A stretch of 64,000 nt of DNA from Toensbergia leucococca (lineage: Eukaryota): NCBI GenBank assembly GCA_022813965.1, contig JALDZS010000048.1:1-64000 (forward strand), read 5' to 3'. Shown here piece after piece: positions 62,401 through 64,000 of this stretch (position 1 is its first letter; the number at the start of each line of letters is the position of its first letter). The notes under the pieces are model-generated. The model was not told where the DNA came from. It was given only the letters and a program-made list of their open reading frames with translations, and did no database searches. The position numbers and the translations under genes were made by a program.

Positions 62401-63443
62401 GGTATAGGGTAGCTTGAATCTCAATTACGAGTCTTCTCAAGTACTGTACTTATCTTGAGCGGAATATTGAGGCCAGGTACACCACCGTACATACAAACCG
62501 GACCATTAAAACATAAGGTATAAGAATAGCTTACCAGCGATTAAAAAGGTGATCATGTTGTCTGCTATGTTGCCATCTGTCATTTTTTGGCCAGTCTTTG
62601 CATCCTTGCCATTCAGCATCGCATTGACCAAATCTTTCTTTTCTGTTGGGTTCGATTTCTTATCTGCAACTATTGCTAGAGCTGTGGACTGCAAGACATC
62701 TATGTCCTCGAAGAACTGCTTCTCCGAGGCACGCATCAGACGATTGACTATAGACGGTCTACCTGCCCGTCTACCACTCTCGGTTAAAACTTGTTGCATG
62801 GCCTGGACGAAGGGATGGAGATCACTCTGATAGAAAGAATTGAAGCGGGTGTCCATGGCACAGAGAGAGATTGAGTCGAGCGTAAGCCTAGTGAAATCAT
62901 CGGTGACGTTGATCTTGCTCTCTTCACCAAACCGCGCCCATTTCATGACCAACTGCGTAGAGATCTCATGCATTTCTAACAAATTCCGTCAACAGACAGT
63001 CTAACCACCCAGGCGGAAGGAATATCCGACCTACCGTCGAACATACTGCGGATTGCCAGCGGGCCGAATGCAGGTGTTAAAACACGATGGGCAATTTCCC
63101 AGGCTGGCTCCCCAGTGTCGGCTGAGAAAAGACCAGAATGTATTGCATGTCTCAGTTCCATCAATCCTCCGGCAACTGCCTTACCAAACCTCTTCTCATC
63201 GCAAAGCTCGTTGTACAGCTCGTAGCTTGACACGATGATCTGGTCGCCGCTCGGTAAGCGCAGCTCATAAATTGGACCTACGACGCATCAGTCTCTTGCT
63301 ATCCAACACGGCTCACGGTGATATCTTCTTATACCGTAGACTTCAGCTAGGTGCATTAGGCTGAGAAGCGAATCTGTAGGGTCCATGTCGAAAGCATTGC
63401 CTAGGAGTGGAAGCCCCGGTGGGCTTGGGATCGGAGTCGTCAT
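59414..63443 (-). CDS. CYP505: Self-sufficient P450-reductase fusion of the CYP505 (P450foxy-like) family, 7 exons
   Basis: PIPSPPGLPLLGN, FTRLTLDSI, FLIAG|HETTSGLLSF, EALRL, FRPERM, heme motif PFGNGVRGCIG, FMN motif FGGNMGTCE, RQYSISSS, CAGTGVAPFRGF and terminal YMSDLFD. Confidence 0.95.
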
Positions 63444-64000
63444 ATTGATTTGCTGAATATTGATCTCTTGCAAATGATGAGGACTTGGATACTATCAGGA
63501 AGTGGGCTTGATATAATATCAGATTCCCGGGATTCCGCTCCAGGCCATATTGACGCGACTGGTGGATAGCGGATGTGTCGGAAGGGCCTCTGCACCTTCA
63601 CTCCGCATGAATCTGTCTTGGTACGCGCTGCACTGTTTCGTTACCGCAGTCCGAGGCTTCATTAAGGTACCTACTCTAGGACGATAATAAATGAGGCACA
63701 CGGACTTTATACATCACTAGGTAATGATGTTGATCACCGGCCTTTCACTTGGCCGAGAAAGAATCCCCGAATCGAAACCCACCATATTCTCAATCCCATG
63801 CAGGGTGCAGCCTACAGTAGCATCGCGTCAAATTGACTCCACACCTGCGAAAGCGATTCGATAAGTCGAGCCACCAGGTGAAAGTTCTAACATTCCTCAA
63901 GATACTCGGCGTGCAGAGCATTGTCTGGTTTTAATTTTGCCAGCTTCATTCTCGAATTACTTCCTTTTCAATGTAGATAGCTGTGCGCAATCAACTGTGC

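Noticed and set aside
55613..63443. F-box-like gene + hydrolase + CYP505 as a biosynthetic cluster
   Set aside because: No backbone enzyme, transporter or regulator in the window. It cannot be excluded beyond the right edge.
1..64000. tRNA, 5S rRNA, TPP riboswitch, intact transposase/RT, CRISPR, and the many antisense ORFs in the track
   Set aside because: No diagnostic motifs seen by eye. The antisense and overlapping ORFs are shadows of the real genes.

Overview
This is eukaryotic DNA from a filamentous ascomycete (Pezizomycotina), with short GT-AG introns and CTRAC branch points. From about 8.6 kb to the end it is mostly ordinary core genome. Recognisable genes are a Nudix hydrolase, an MDR-type reductase, a membrane-anchored SAM-binding protein, Ssk1, a GH17 glucanase, a HAL-family kinase, an acyl-CoA synthetase, Gcs1, an RRM-RGG-RRM protein, Tah18, a divergent NRK-like kinase, a Cid1/CutA-family nucleotidyltransferase, Psy2, a cyclin L-like protein, Atg3, an F-box-like protein, an alpha/beta hydrolase and CYP505. 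The first ~8.5 kb looks like a decaying accessory block. It holds one intact PAN/apple membrane-protein gene, a pseudogenised Egt1-type sulfoxide-synthase module with no methyltransferase half, a decayed gene with an internal ~130-bp duplication, and AT-rich, CpG-poor tracts. The strongest unexplained pattern is a series of sharp C/A-rich to G/T-rich skew switches that keep the same top-strand polarity in plus-strand genes, minus-strand genes and intergenic DNA. I cannot support any tRNA, rRNA, intact transposon or clearly new multi-gene system from the sequence. All assignments come from reading motifs, not from database searches.
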